A stretch of 64,000 nucleotides of DNA from Candidatus Anderseniibacteriota bacterium (GTDB taxonomy: Bacteria; Patescibacteriota; Andersenbacteria; UBA10190): the NCBI GenBank assembly GCA_021414205.1, contig JAIOOW010000003.1, forward strand, positions 300,365 through 364,364, given 5' to 3'. The translations under genes were made by a program, and so were the position numbers. The notes under the pieces are model-generated. The model was not told the origin of the DNA, did no database searches, and saw only the letters and a list, made by a program, of their open reading frames with translations. This document shows positions 55,483 through 64,000 of the stretch, one piece after another (position 1 is the first letter of the stretch; each line of letters opens with the position of its first letter).

Positions 55483-56085
55483 TTATTTTTTAAGAGGCGG
55501 AGTATGGATTGGCGTTATGGTTGCCGTAGGGTGTGGCGGAGGTGGGGGTGGCGGAGGTGTTGTAGATGGGGTTGGATTTGGAGTTGTGCTTGGCGATGGA
55601 GAAAATAACACTGTCGTGCAATCTTTTAATTTATTTTGCAGCGTAACTATTTGGTAATTCGCATCATGGATCTTTATCGAAATACCATTCATTTTATTTT
55701 CAAGACTGCTTAGTTGTGTATTGAGATCTTTTTGCTCGTTTTTGAGGATTGTAAGTTTTTTAGCGTCTTTTTGTTTTGTAGCTTCATTTTCCACGACAGT
55801 AAGTCGATTTTTGATATCAACAGATTCTCTCGATAACTCCTCCTCTTGACTAGTAAGATCATTGATCTGTGTTTGAAGTAACCGTATTTGTTTTTCTATA
55901 GAAGCACGTTCTGCTACTGAGAGTGTGCATTTTTGAAAAGGGGTTGCGCTGGGGCTTGGAGAGCTGCCAGTATATGTTTTTGCGCCAAGTCTATCGCTAA
56001 AGATTCCTATAAGGACTAAAGCAATGATTACGACAGCGCTTCCTGCAAGCACGATGCTCCTATTTGCTAATATACTTTTCTTCAT
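55483..56085 (-). CDS. hypothetical membrane-anchored coiled-coil protein with Pro-rich C-terminus
   Basis: TM (SIVLAGSAVVIIALVLIGIF), heptad-like region, PSPSTTPNPTPSTTPPPPPPPP tail. Confidence 0.5.
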   Translation of the reverse strand: MKKSILANRSIVLAGSAVVIIALVLIGIFSDRLGAKTYTGSSPSPSATPFQKCTLSVAERASIEKQIRLLQTQINDLTSQEEELSRESVDIKNRLTVVENEATKQKDAKKLTILKNEQKDLNTQLSSLENKMNGISIKIHDANYQIVTLQNKLKDCTTVLFSPSPSTTPNPTPSTTPPPPPPPPHPTATITPIHTPPLKK

Positions 56086-56116
56086 GAAGAAAAGTATAGC
56101 ACGAATTTTATAAGTG

Positions 56117-56187
56117 TTCCCGGGCATGGATTCGAACCATGATTCAGAGATCCAAAGTCTCTTGTCCTGCCTTTAGACGACCCGGGA
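56117..56187 (-). tRNA. tRNA-Gln (anticodon UUG)
   Basis: Manual fold: acceptor TCCCGGG/CCCGGGA, D-arm GTCT-AAAGGCA-GGAC, anticodon loop CTTTGGA, T-arm CATGG-TTCGAAT-CCATG. CCA not encoded. Confidence 0.8.
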
Positions 56188-56319
56188 GTGATGTTGATAC
56201 TAATGAATTATTTGATTTTCGGCAAGAAAAGGCTATGTCGCCTGATATTGACTTTTCCTTATCTTTTCATCAAGATGGCAGTACACAAACGCGGATCGTA
56301 CTTTTACAGGGAGGCTATA

Positions 56320-56763
56320 ATGGCAAAAGATATTCATGAATGGGTACGGAAGGTTGATGATAGTCGCTTGGCAGCAATTGAGCTTGTATTGCGGTTACAG
56401 GGCGAAGGGGTGATCGTGGGGTTGAATCGGAGACTAGGGAGGGTCTCAAATGTAATTCCATTTACTGCAATGTTTTTGCACGGAGTGGAAGCTGAAACGA
56501 ATATTTTTTTCCAACTTTTGGACTGGCAGACAGATTCGGATGTAGTTATTACGAACATAACAACGTTGCCAGATTTGAAGCGAGGCTATGGATTCGGATC
56601 TATTGCTGTTCAAAAATTGATTTGTTGGGCACGAGAAAATAATCTTCATGAAATTCGCGCGACGCAAGTCGGAGATCGTAACAGTCAGCGATTTTGGGAA
56701 AAGAACGGATTTATTCGATGCTCGGATCCGAATCCGTGCGGAGATTACGTGTATCGATGGTAG
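56320..56763 (+). CDS. GNAT family N-acetyltransferase
   Basis: Motif A RGYGFGSIAVQKLICWAREN; GGGAGG RBS before ATG (MAKDIH). Confidence 0.7.
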   Translation: MAKDIHEWVRKVDDSRLAAIELVLRLQGEGVIVGLNRRLGRVSNVIPFTAMFLHGVEAETNIFFQLLDWQTDSDVVITNITTLPDLKRGYGFGSIAVQKLICWARENNLHEIRATQVGDRNSQRFWEKNGFIRCSDPNPCGDYVYRW

Positions 56764-56764
56764 T

Positions 56765-56799
56765 GCCGACGCAGGAAACTGAGGTCGGCTTTTTATTTG
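56765..56799 (+). terminator. Rho-independent terminator
   Basis: GCCGAC..GTCGGC stem followed by tttttatttg. Confidence 0.5.
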
Positions 56800-56802
56800 C
56801 AA

Positions 56803-56830
56803 GAAAAAACCGCCATTGCGCTGTGGCGGT
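56803..56830 (-). terminator. Rho-independent terminator on minus strand
   Basis: ACCGCCA..TGGCGGT stem; on the minus strand it is followed by a T-run (forward a-run 56804-56809). Confidence 0.5.
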
Positions 56831-56862
56831 CAGGTTGTGATAGGCGCTTGAATGATAATGGA

Positions 56863-57291
56863 TCACCTTTTTTTGACGGAAATTTGCAGCAGGCCGACGA
56901 TGAACACGGATTCGCTGGGAACCGCCACCACCTCGTAAGGCACAATTTGCTTATCATTGAGAATGGTTCCGTTGGTTGATCCGATATCTTGTATCGTTAG
57001 TGTCCCGTCTCTTCGCAATTCTAACGCGAAGTGAAATTTCGAAACTGATTTATCTGCCATGCCCTCATCTTCTCTCCCGAACATCCATGCGCCTGGATTG
57101 GATAGCGGAAGTTCCGTCACTAGCGATGACGGATGAAGTATTGATAGTGTGTATGTAGCGGGTTGGTACTTCTCAGAATCGGGGAATCGTTCCAGGAAAC
57201 TCGCCCTCCCTGCTTCGATATGTTCCCGCATACCTACTTTCTGAGGAAGGATAGTTGAGAGAATGGGAAGGGTTTTTTGGAGATCAAGCAT
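56863..57291 (-). CDS. FHA domain-containing protein
   Basis: C-terminal FHA signature (FHFALELRRDGTLTIQDIGSTNGTILNDKQI). Confidence 0.7.
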   Translation of the reverse strand: MLDLQKTLPILSTILPQKVGMREHIEAGRASFLERFPDSEKYQPATYTLSILHPSSLVTELPLSNPGAWMFGREDEGMADKSVSKFHFALELRRDGTLTIQDIGSTNGTILNDKQIVPYEVVAVPSESVFIVGLLQISVKKR

Positions 57292-57372
57292 AGCCAGATC
57301 CTTTCAAGGTTTGAACGTGCACGAAAAAACAGCGTGCTTCATATATAGCATATTTTATTTACTTGTCAAGTA

Positions 57373-58920
57373 TCAGCCTACCTTTGCTCCGAATACTTCC
57401 TGTACGTTTTTGAGAAGATCGTCTTCCTTGGTAATTTTTTGCTCGCGCATTGCAATACCGGAAACTGGCTGCGTTTGAAGTTGGCACGTGAACGTAACGG
57501 TCTGCCCGGTCACTTCTAAAATTGCTGATGTAACCATCTTCGCCATATCTGGTTTTTCAAAGAATGTTTTATGCAATGGAAATTGTACTGCAAGCGTTAG
57601 TACATTATTTTGGAGCATGGTTGGCGACACGGCGCGAAGGAATGTGGAGGCGACTGGGTTATTTGCGCGTACTTTTTGGATGACGTCGTCCCACGACGCT
57701 TTTATGTTTTGTAATGCGTCTGGATTGTCTGATGTGGCAACCGGCGCGGAAGGAGTTGGCGCTGCCTGCGGTGCTGGCGCCGGAGACGGTGCTGGAGGCG
57801 CATATGGAGCTGGTTGTTCGGCTACAACGGATTGCTGGGTTGCTACAGGGCGAATGGGTTGTGCGGGTGCTTGTTGTGCCGGTCGTACTGCGGGCGCTGG
57901 CGCGCTTGATGAGCATGCCGTTACGATTGCAATTTCAATTGCAATCATTGGATCTGGAACAATTGCCATATCTTGAGTGGCAACTAAAAATGATCGCATA
58001 ATGATCGTGAGGCGTTGTGCTGACTTCCCTGCTAGAACTTCCTTGATAACTTGTTCGCGTGCATTATAAATAGATTCCTGTAAAAACTGATCCGGATCGA
58101 ATCCGTCTTGATATGCTTTTGTTGCAATGCTGAGCGCCTCTTTTGCGTCGGATGCAATGAGCGCGGCAATAAATGATTGAACAACTTCCGGAGAAGGTAC
58201 CCCGAGCAGGCTGGACGCTTCTTGTGCAGTGAGTGCTTTATCTGTTTGCGAAAGTAATTGACCAAGTAATGATTCCGCATCTCGGTAGCACCCGTCGGAT
58301 CGAGCAATAATAAACGATAGTAAGTCGTCGTTTGCCTCGCGTTTTTCTTCTTTGAGCAAGTGCGTCAGTCTTGTACGCATTTCTGAATCTGATGCGCGCT
58401 TGAATCGAAATACCTGGCATCTACTTGCAATAGTTGCGGGGACTTTTTGCAATTCAGTTGTTGCTAATATAAAAATGACGTGCTTTGGAGGTTCCTCTAA
58501 TAACTTTAATAACGCTGCGAATGCTGGCGCAGATAACATGTGTACTTCGTCGATGATGTATATTTTGTATTCTCCGCCTGTAGGTGCAAGTGATGCCGTT
58601 TCCCGTAAAGCTCGAATATCATCGATACCCCTGTTAGAGGCGGCGTCGATTTCTAGAATATCCATGAACCTATTTTCCTGAAACGCGGTACATGATGGAC
58701 ACTTGCCGCACGGTTCCCCTGTTTTTGATGTTGTGCAGTTTAAGCGTTTGGCAAATACTCGGGCAGTTGTAGTCTTTCCCGTTCCTCTCGGGCCTTGGAA
58801 TAGGTATGCATGCGCAAGCTTCTTTGTAAGAATTTCTTGCATAAGCACGCCGGTAATATGTTCCTGGCCCGAAATTTCGGAAAATGTTGTTGGTCTGTAT
58901 TGTCGGTAAAGCGCTGGCAT
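57373..58920 (-). CDS. dnaX: DNA polymerase III subunit gamma/tau
   Basis: AAA+ clamp-loader motifs (GPRGTGKTTTARVFAKRLNC, Zn module CGKCPSC, DEVHML, SRC). Confidence 0.9.
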   Translation of the reverse strand: MPALYRQYRPTTFSEISGQEHITGVLMQEILTKKLAHAYLFQGPRGTGKTTTARVFAKRLNCTTSKTGEPCGKCPSCTAFQENRFMDILEIDAASNRGIDDIRALRETASLAPTGGEYKIYIIDEVHMLSAPAFAALLKLLEEPPKHVIFILATTELQKVPATIASRCQVFRFKRASDSEMRTRLTHLLKEEKREANDDLLSFIIARSDGCYRDAESLLGQLLSQTDKALTAQEASSLLGVPSPEVVQSFIAALIASDAKEALSIATKAYQDGFDPDQFLQESIYNAREQVIKEVLAGKSAQRLTIIMRSFLVATQDMAIVPDPMIAIEIAIVTACSSSAPAPAVRPAQQAPAQPIRPVATQQSVVAEQPAPYAPPAPSPAPAPQAAPTPSAPVATSDNPDALQNIKASWDDVIQKVRANNPVASTFLRAVSPTMLQNNVLTLAVQFPLHKTFFEKPDMAKMVTSAILEVTGQTVTFTCQLQTQPVSGIAMREQKITKEDDLLKNVQEVFGAKVG

Positions 58921-58954
58921 GACTCACTATTCTACTGCAAGGCAGCGCTTTCTG

Positions 58955-59452
58955 CTAGCCCCTTTTTGGATGCTTGAAAATGAATAATTTGCTCCCAAAA
59001 AAGTTTACGAACAAGATGATTCCGATTGCAAGAACCTTTGCAACAAGATCCTTATTCGATCCAAACACTTGGTTGATAAACAGGACGTGGAATGCAAAGT
59101 ACGAAACTAAAATTTGGTTTAATATCCACGTGAAAAAGTTGAGCGTAAAATACCCTGCACCCTGCTTGGCTGCGCTTTCGGTAGTGTCCTTGAACGTCCA
59201 GTATCTGTTGATAATAAAATTACTGCAGATCGCTAAAAATACGCTTACGTTATTTGCAGCAATAATTTCATTTCCTAGAACTATGTACGTTGTATGCCAG
59301 CCGATAACGCGTGTTAAAAATCCGAATGTTGAAAAGTCGACAATGGCTCCAATTGCCCCGGTAATGCCAAACTTTACAAACTGCTTTGCAAGGGTGTGGT
59401 AGCGATCAGGTACGAATACAAGCACCCGCTGTTGGATAGATTCGAGTGTCAT
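58955..59452 (-). CDS. GtrA family membrane protein
   Basis: KFGITGAIGAIVDF..FLAICSNFIINRYWTF matches the GtrA-like four-TM family. Confidence 0.7.
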   Translation of the reverse strand: MTLESIQQRVLVFVPDRYHTLAKQFVKFGITGAIGAIVDFSTFGFLTRVIGWHTTYIVLGNEIIAANNVSVFLAICSNFIINRYWTFKDTTESAAKQGAGYFTLNFFTWILNQILVSYFAFHVLFINQVFGSNKDLVAKVLAIGIILFVNFFGSKLFIFKHPKRG

Positions 59453-59457
59453 GAGTG

Positions 59458-59994
59458 TTAGTGATGAATAACGTGATCAACTGCGCCCCACTCCGCATCA
59501 CCGTGCTCCGGCACTAATACGGTTACCTCATCGCCTTCCTGCGCTTTGTAGAAGGTAACGCTCGCGAGCAGAATTTTGTATGTTTTTTCTTCAGTTTTTA
59601 CGCCGAAATTGCCCTGATCATCAACGACCAATATTCCTACTACACGTTTGCGCTCTACTGGGTTGATTTGCTTGTACAATAAGGAACCGTCTGTTTCTAT
59701 AGTGAGCTTAAGTACATCACCTTCTACGATTTTTGATTTGGAAGCGTAGTTTGGTGGAATTGGATATTCCTCTCCGTCATTGCCTTGCATGTTCTGTCCA
59801 TCGAAAACTCCCTCAATAATTCGCTCTCCTTCCAGGACTTCTTCTAACGAGGAGGCTGGTTGTGCATCGGTCGTGTCTTCGAGTTGCGATAAGTTCGGCT
59901 CTTCTTCAAGTGCTTGGCGTACGTACTGGATATTTCGCTCAGCGTCATCAAGGCGTTGTTTGATGAGTGCGATAGTTCGTGGATCAATAGCCAT
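59458..59994 (-). CDS. hypothetical acidic protein (178 aa)
   Basis: Continuous ORF 4 nt upstream of the GtrA-family gene; no recognisable family. Confidence 0.5.
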   Translation of the reverse strand: MAIDPRTIALIKQRLDDAERNIQYVRQALEEEPNLSQLEDTTDAQPASSLEEVLEGERIIEGVFDGQNMQGNDGEEYPIPPNYASKSKIVEGDVLKLTIETDGSLLYKQINPVERKRVVGILVVDDQGNFGVKTEEKTYKILLASVTFYKAQEGDEVTVLVPEHGDAEWGAVDHVIHH

Positions 59995-60059
59995 AAAAGG
60001 TATGTTTGTGTTGGGTTATTCTTCTGCCTATATGATATACTGCTTGGAAATCTAATACA

Positions 60060-61553
60060 ATGTCCCGATTACAAGCAGGTCTATTACTATTTTTTATTAT
60101 TTTAGCAGGGACTGCCGTGCGGTCGTATAGCATTACGGCGAGAAGTTTGTGGTTCGACGAGGCGTTTTCGTGGAGATTGATTCATTTTCCGCTTACGGAA
60201 ATGATAACGCGCGATGCGCAGGATGTTCATCCGCCGTTATATTACATATTACTACAAGGTTGGAGCAAGGGATTCGGCACGTCGTTGTTGGCACTTCGTA
60301 TGTTCTCCGTATTTTGCTCAGCGATTGCGCTCTGGGCAGGATATATATTTTCTTCATATGCGTTCAAGTCTCGAAAAGTAGGATTCCTTGCTGTAACGCT
60401 GCTTGCTATTTCTGGCTGGGATATTTCATATGCATGGGAGGCGCGCATGTATCCGCTCGGAATGATTTTTGCATTTCTATCTTCGTATGCGTTACTGAAA
60501 GCCCTTCGGAATGTTTCTCTGAAATGGTCTGTTGCGTATGGCTTTGCGGCGGCGGCGCTTATATATACTCATTATTACGGATACTTTACGGTGGCCGCTC
60601 AGGCACTATTCGCAATTATCTTTCTTATTCGGGCAAAAAATATGCGCCTTGCGCTCTATGCCGGTATTGCGGGCGTGCTCGCCGTTCTCTTGTATCTGCC
60701 GTGGATCCCTGTGTTCTTGCACCAAAATCAGCAGGTTCGGACGGCGTATTGGGTGCCACCCATCGCAATCACTTCCGTGCCGGATACGTTTTATCAGTTT
60801 TTCGTTCCCACGAAAGAAATTCCCCCGCACCATTTCCCGATTGTTGTTCTTTCAACGTTGCCGATTATCGGCGTGATTTGCCTGTGGGTTTGGATGTTTT
60901 TCAAAAAACGCATGCGAAGAGATGCTTCTGTACTGACTGCTATGCTCGGTATTGTTCCATTTATTGCAGGTATTGCAGTTTCGTTTTTGGGGCGAAGTTT
61001 GTATAACGACAGATTCTTTGCGTTTGCTGGCATCTTTGTTTTTTGCGCCCTTGCGTATGCGCTGATGCAAATTCCAAACAAAATACTCAGGAGAATTCTA
61101 ATAGTAGTGGTAATTGTCGGTCTTGGTGCAAGCTATCTTAGGTATTGGAATGAACTAGACATTATGTATAAGCCTGGCGCGCACGGAGCGACGCAATACG
61201 TATTTGAGCAGCGATCAAACGATGATCCTGTACTAGTGAGTTCTCCGTATGTATATTTTGCGATTGAAAATTATGCAACGGATGAATTTTTAGCCCCGAA
61301 TGCCGTACATTTGTTTTCGCAAACAGGAGAATTGTCGCATTTCTCCGGAGGGCCAATAATGGTGCAAAGTGATATCGTGGGGCCGAGCGATGTAGTAAAA
61401 TACGCTCACACCGTATGGGTTATCGATACGACCGGCTACACTGAAACGCCGTTTCAAGTCCCGAGCAACTGGACCCAGGTAAGCAGTAAGACCTTTCCAG
61501 AAGTATTTGTATACCAAGGAGATATTACGGTCAGGCAGTTTGAAGTGAAATAA
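60060..61553 (+). CDS. GT-C fold membrane glycosyltransferase (family 39/83, ArnT/PMT-like)
   Basis: N-terminal DE motif in the first periplasmic loop (LWFDEAFS) and HPPLYY, 10-12 TM helices, C-terminal soluble domain. Confidence 0.75.
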   Translation: MSRLQAGLLLFFIILAGTAVRSYSITARSLWFDEAFSWRLIHFPLTEMITRDAQDVHPPLYYILLQGWSKGFGTSLLALRMFSVFCSAIALWAGYIFSSYAFKSRKVGFLAVTLLAISGWDISYAWEARMYPLGMIFAFLSSYALLKALRNVSLKWSVAYGFAAAALIYTHYYGYFTVAAQALFAIIFLIRAKNMRLALYAGIAGVLAVLLYLPWIPVFLHQNQQVRTAYWVPPIAITSVPDTFYQFFVPTKEIPPHHFPIVVLSTLPIIGVICLWVWMFFKKRMRRDASVLTAMLGIVPFIAGIAVSFLGRSLYNDRFFAFAGIFVFCALAYALMQIPNKILRRILIVVVIVGLGASYLRYWNELDIMYKPGAHGATQYVFEQRSNDDPVLVSSPYVYFAIENYATDEFLAPNAVHLFSQTGELSHFSGGPIMVQSDIVGPSDVVKYAHTVWVIDTTGYTETPFQVPSNWTQVSSKTFPEVFVYQGDITVRQFEVK

Positions 61554-61557
61554 AAAT

Positions 61558-61729
61558 ACCCCCGCCAGCTGGAGTTTTGCGTAGGATGTTGGGAAAGCGT
61601 TGTGGATGCTTTCTCTCTTACATCTCTAGGCAAAACGTCGACAGCTGGTCGGGGGTTCGGAAACCGCCACGAACAAATCGGAAGAAGCGCTGCAACGACA
61701 CAGCGTAGTGGCTCGATTTGTTCGCGTGG
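61558..61729. ncRNA. candidate structured RNA/complex terminator region (long nested inverted repeats), identity unknown
   Basis: CCCCCGCCAGCTGG(61558)..CCAGCTGGTCGGGGG(61642-61656) enclose AGTTTTGC..GCAAAAC; a second long hairpin pairs CCACGAACAAATCG(61667) with CGATTTGTTCGCGTGG(61729). GC-rich relative to flanks; lies between convergent genes. Confidence 0.25.
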
Positions 61730-61833
61730 ACCAGGGTATAGAAGGCGCGTACGGCGAGTCGAAGTATGCTTTATAGCAATACAGCTTTGGTATGGTGACC
61801 TAGCGTCACAACGCCGTCCGCGCTTTTAAAAGA

Positions 61834-62622
61834 TCAACTCGAAACTGACGATTTGTAATATACTCTATTAGGTATTCGTAAGTCAATATACTGCAATGTT
61901 TGCATCTCCTGGGCTGTTACGGTGTGCTCTAGGAGGCGTTTGAGGATATCGAGCTGATCGTCTGCTGACCTGGTCGTATCCATGAGGAGCGTCCAGTTTT
62001 TATCTAGGAGAAAATGAGCCTCTCGCGTTTCCAGCGAAGGGATTTGTATTTCAACGACTTGGGCGTTTGCTGCATCTGGTAGTTTTTTGAGAGTTTCGGC
62101 AATGAACGAAATAAATTGGTCATCTACTGCCCTAGTTCCAAGGGTTACCTTGGCATTTTGATCAGAGGTTTTTACTACTGGCAGCACAATTCCCGGTAAT
62201 GCATCTAATGACGCTTCTTCATATGCTATTCCTTGATTATCTAGAAAATAATACGTTCCCCCAGATAATAATAACAACACGGGCGTTTTTTCTTGAATCA
62301 CAACCTTTATAGTGCCGGGCAATTTGCGAATAATGTGAGCATCTTTTACTTGCGGAACTTTTTGCAGAATTTCTCGTTCAGTTGGTTTTGTTTGCGCAAA
62401 CAAAATATTCTGACCAATGCTCTTTTCTGCAATTGCGCGAACGGCGACTTCCGTATTCGGCTTTGCATCGACTATGGTAACAGTGGTGATGGAAAATGTT
62501 TTAGTGAAAAATAACAGCCAGATGAATAAGATGGCTGGGACAATAACAAGCAGCGCAAGAAATGCAACAGACGACCAATCCATCAATTTGCGGAGCAATA
62601 CGCGCCATCGAACGCTATTCAT
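61834..62622 (-). CDS. ftsQ: cell division protein FtsQ/DivIB (POTRA domain)
   Basis: N-terminal TM, POTRA-like region (ITTVTIVDAKPNTEVAVRAIAEKSIGQNI) and beta-domain of typical length. Confidence 0.7.
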   Translation of the reverse strand: MNSVRWRVLLRKLMDWSSVAFLALLVIVPAILFIWLLFFTKTFSITTVTIVDAKPNTEVAVRAIAEKSIGQNILFAQTKPTEREILQKVPQVKDAHIIRKLPGTIKVVIQEKTPVLLLLSGGTYYFLDNQGIAYEEASLDALPGIVLPVVKTSDQNAKVTLGTRAVDDQFISFIAETLKKLPDAANAQVVEIQIPSLETREAHFLLDKNWTLLMDTTRSADDQLDILKRLLEHTVTAQEMQTLQYIDLRIPNRVYYKSSVSS

Positions 62623-62626
62623 CTCT

Positions 62627-63892
62627 TTATTCTACCGCAGGTGCCAGCTTTTGAAACGGAAGGTATTGGTGAAGGCATGCGGGAAGCTGTACAGAACCGT
62701 CTGCTTGCTGATGGTTTTCAATAAGGGCAATAAGTAATCGGGAGAGTGCGACTGCAGTGCCGTTGAGCATGTGTACTTTTTGGGTGCCTTCTTCTGTTTT
62801 GTATCGAATATTTAATCTTCTTGACTGATAGTCAGTCGTGTTGCTCGTCGAGTGGGTTTCTCGATACTTTTGTTCGCTCGGAATCCATGTTTCAATGTCG
62901 TATGTTTTTGCAGATGGTCCGCCTAAATCGCCCGCTGCTAGCCTAATAACTCTATATGGAAGCTCGAGAGAGTCCATAATGGCGCGTTGTTGCGCTAGTA
63001 AGAATTGATGCTCTTCCTCAGATTTTTCCGGAGTGGTAATGCTGAACATCTCTACTTTATCGAATTGGTGGAGACGCAATATTCCTTTTACATCCTTGCC
63101 ATGGCTCCCTGCCTCTCTTCGGAAGCACGGGGTAAACGATGCGTAGCGAAGCGGCAATGTTTTGCCATCCAATATTTCGTTCATGTGCATGGCGCCAAGG
63201 GACTGTTCGCTGGTGCCGACTAAATATAAATCATCTTGTGTTTTGTATACCTCATCTCCTGCTTGGTCTAAGTAGCCCATGCCAGACATCGCTTGTTGAT
63301 TGAGTAGTATCGGAGGAATGACCTGAGTGAATCCTTGCTTGGAAAGCATGTCCATGACGTAACTGGCGATACCCAATTCTAAGCGCGCTAAATCGCCTGA
63401 TAGATAGGTAAATCGTGCTCCCGCAACTTTCGATCCTCGTTCCATATCAATTCTGCTACCCATTAAATGGGTGTAGCTTTTCGGTGTTGTAGATGCGCTT
63501 GGAACTTGAGCGTCACTAGTCGCAATCTCTATTGCATCGTTCTCTCCGCCGGCTTGAACATCTGAAAGTGGGATGTTGGGGATTTTAGACCATGCAATAT
63601 CGCGTTCATGGGATAGCGTTGCTAATGCCTTGGTAAGCGACTCTTGCTCAGCATCAACTTTCTTCATGTCGCTTAAAATCATCGACTTGTGCTCTGCTGA
63701 CGCTTTCATAATCTCTTTACTTGCCTCGTTTTTCTTTGCTCGTAATTGTTCAACATTGTCTGCCAGTTCGCGCCACTGCTCGTCGAGTTCTAATAGTGTA
63801 TGGATTACTTCAAGCGAAGTACCGCGCTTTTCAAGCGCTTGGATTGCTGTGTTGCGCGTCGTTTCATTTCGCAATAACCCTATATCGATCAT
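62627..63892 (-). CDS. serS: seryl-tRNA synthetase
   Basis: N-terminal coiled-coil arm, class II motif 2 ([25 protein letters not shown]), motif 3 ([15 protein letters not shown]). Confidence 0.9.
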   Translation of the reverse strand: MIDIGLLRNETTRNTAIQALEKRGTSLEVIHTLLELDEQWRELADNVEQLRAKKNEASKEIMKASAEHKSMILSDMKKVDAEQESLTKALATLSHERDIAWSKIPNIPLSDVQAGGENDAIEIATSDAQVPSASTTPKSYTHLMGSRIDMERGSKVAGARFTYLSGDLARLELGIASYVMDMLSKQGFTQVIPPILLNQQAMSGMGYLDQAGDEVYKTQDDLYLVGTSEQSLGAMHMNEILDGKTLPLRYASFTPCFRREAGSHGKDVKGILRLHQFDKVEMFSITTPEKSEEEHQFLLAQQRAIMDSLELPYRVIRLAAGDLGGPSAKTYDIETWIPSEQKYRETHSTSNTTDYQSRRLNIRYKTEEGTQKVHMLNGTAVALSRLLIALIENHQQADGSVQLPACLHQYLPFQKLAPAVE

Positions 63893-64000
63893 AGCGTTTC
63901 TTCTTCTTTTAATAACGGAAACAAGATAATGTCGCGTAAGTGTGTGGAGTTGGTGAGGAGCATTACTAAGCGGTCAATCCCAAGGCCAAAGCCCGCTGCA

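Noticed and set aside
61558-61729. Assignment of the structured intergenic region to SRP RNA, RNase P RNA or tmRNA
   Set aside because: The SRP helix-8 core (GGAAGGAAGCAGC), RNase P CR-I/CR-V (AAGUCCGG, ACAGAAACCCGG) and tmRNA tRNA-like ends were not found. Only a loose GGAAGAAGC resemblance was seen, so it is left unassigned.
1-64000. CRISPR arrays, rRNA genes, transposases/integrases
   Set aside because: No regularly spaced short direct repeats, no rRNA-like conserved stretches and no recognisable transposase or integrase ORFs were seen; the only periodic repeats are in-frame coding repeats.

Overview
This 64-kb window looks like a gene-dense, roughly 45% GC bacterial chromosome segment. 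Small genes, a split transketolase, many secreted or membrane-anchored hypothetical proteins, tRNAs without encoded CCA and short intergenic spacers together suggest a reduced-genome, Patescibacteria/CPR-like organism; this lineage call is inference only. There are no rRNA genes, CRISPR arrays or transposases.

Recognisable core genes:
- Translation: aspS, gltX, serS, rplI, rpmA, prfB (with the classic +1 CUU-UGA-C frameshift), tsaC, and four tRNAs (Gln-CUG, Thr-CGU, Gly-CCC, Gln-UUG).
- Nucleotide metabolism: pyrG and a class I nrdA-nrdB pair with coupled start/stop.
- Pentose-phosphate operon: rpiB-rpe-tktA-tktB.
- Cell envelope and division: murB, dacA, ctp, tagA, ftsE/ftsX, ftsQ, ftsB-like, gtrA, a GT-C glycosyltransferase and a nucleotide-sugar dehydrogenase.
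- DNA metabolism: dnaX, xseA/xseB, ogt and a divergent priA.
- Redox: trxB, a glutaredoxin-like protein and type II NADH dehydrogenase.

Features worth a closer look:
- A 1259-aa secreted giant protein with six Cys-paired tandem repeats, a Pro/Thr/Cys linker and a membrane-anchored C-terminus with two carboxypeptidase-regulatory-like beta-sandwich modules.
- A three-gene secreted/anchored cassette containing an NYGA(A/G)F tandem-repeat protein and a Gly/Tyr-rich protein.
- A GC-elevated segment at about 30.2-33.9 kb beside tRNA-Gln, carrying a Cys/His-rich protein, membrane proteins and a catalytically degenerate ABC ATPase.
- A PriA homologue without Walker A or Zn-finger motifs.
- A GC-rich intergenic region (61.55-61.83 kb) with long nested inverted repeats.
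- A 400-nt structured leader behind a consensus promoter upstream of aspS.
- Two tiny ORFs plus a terminator downstream of gltX.
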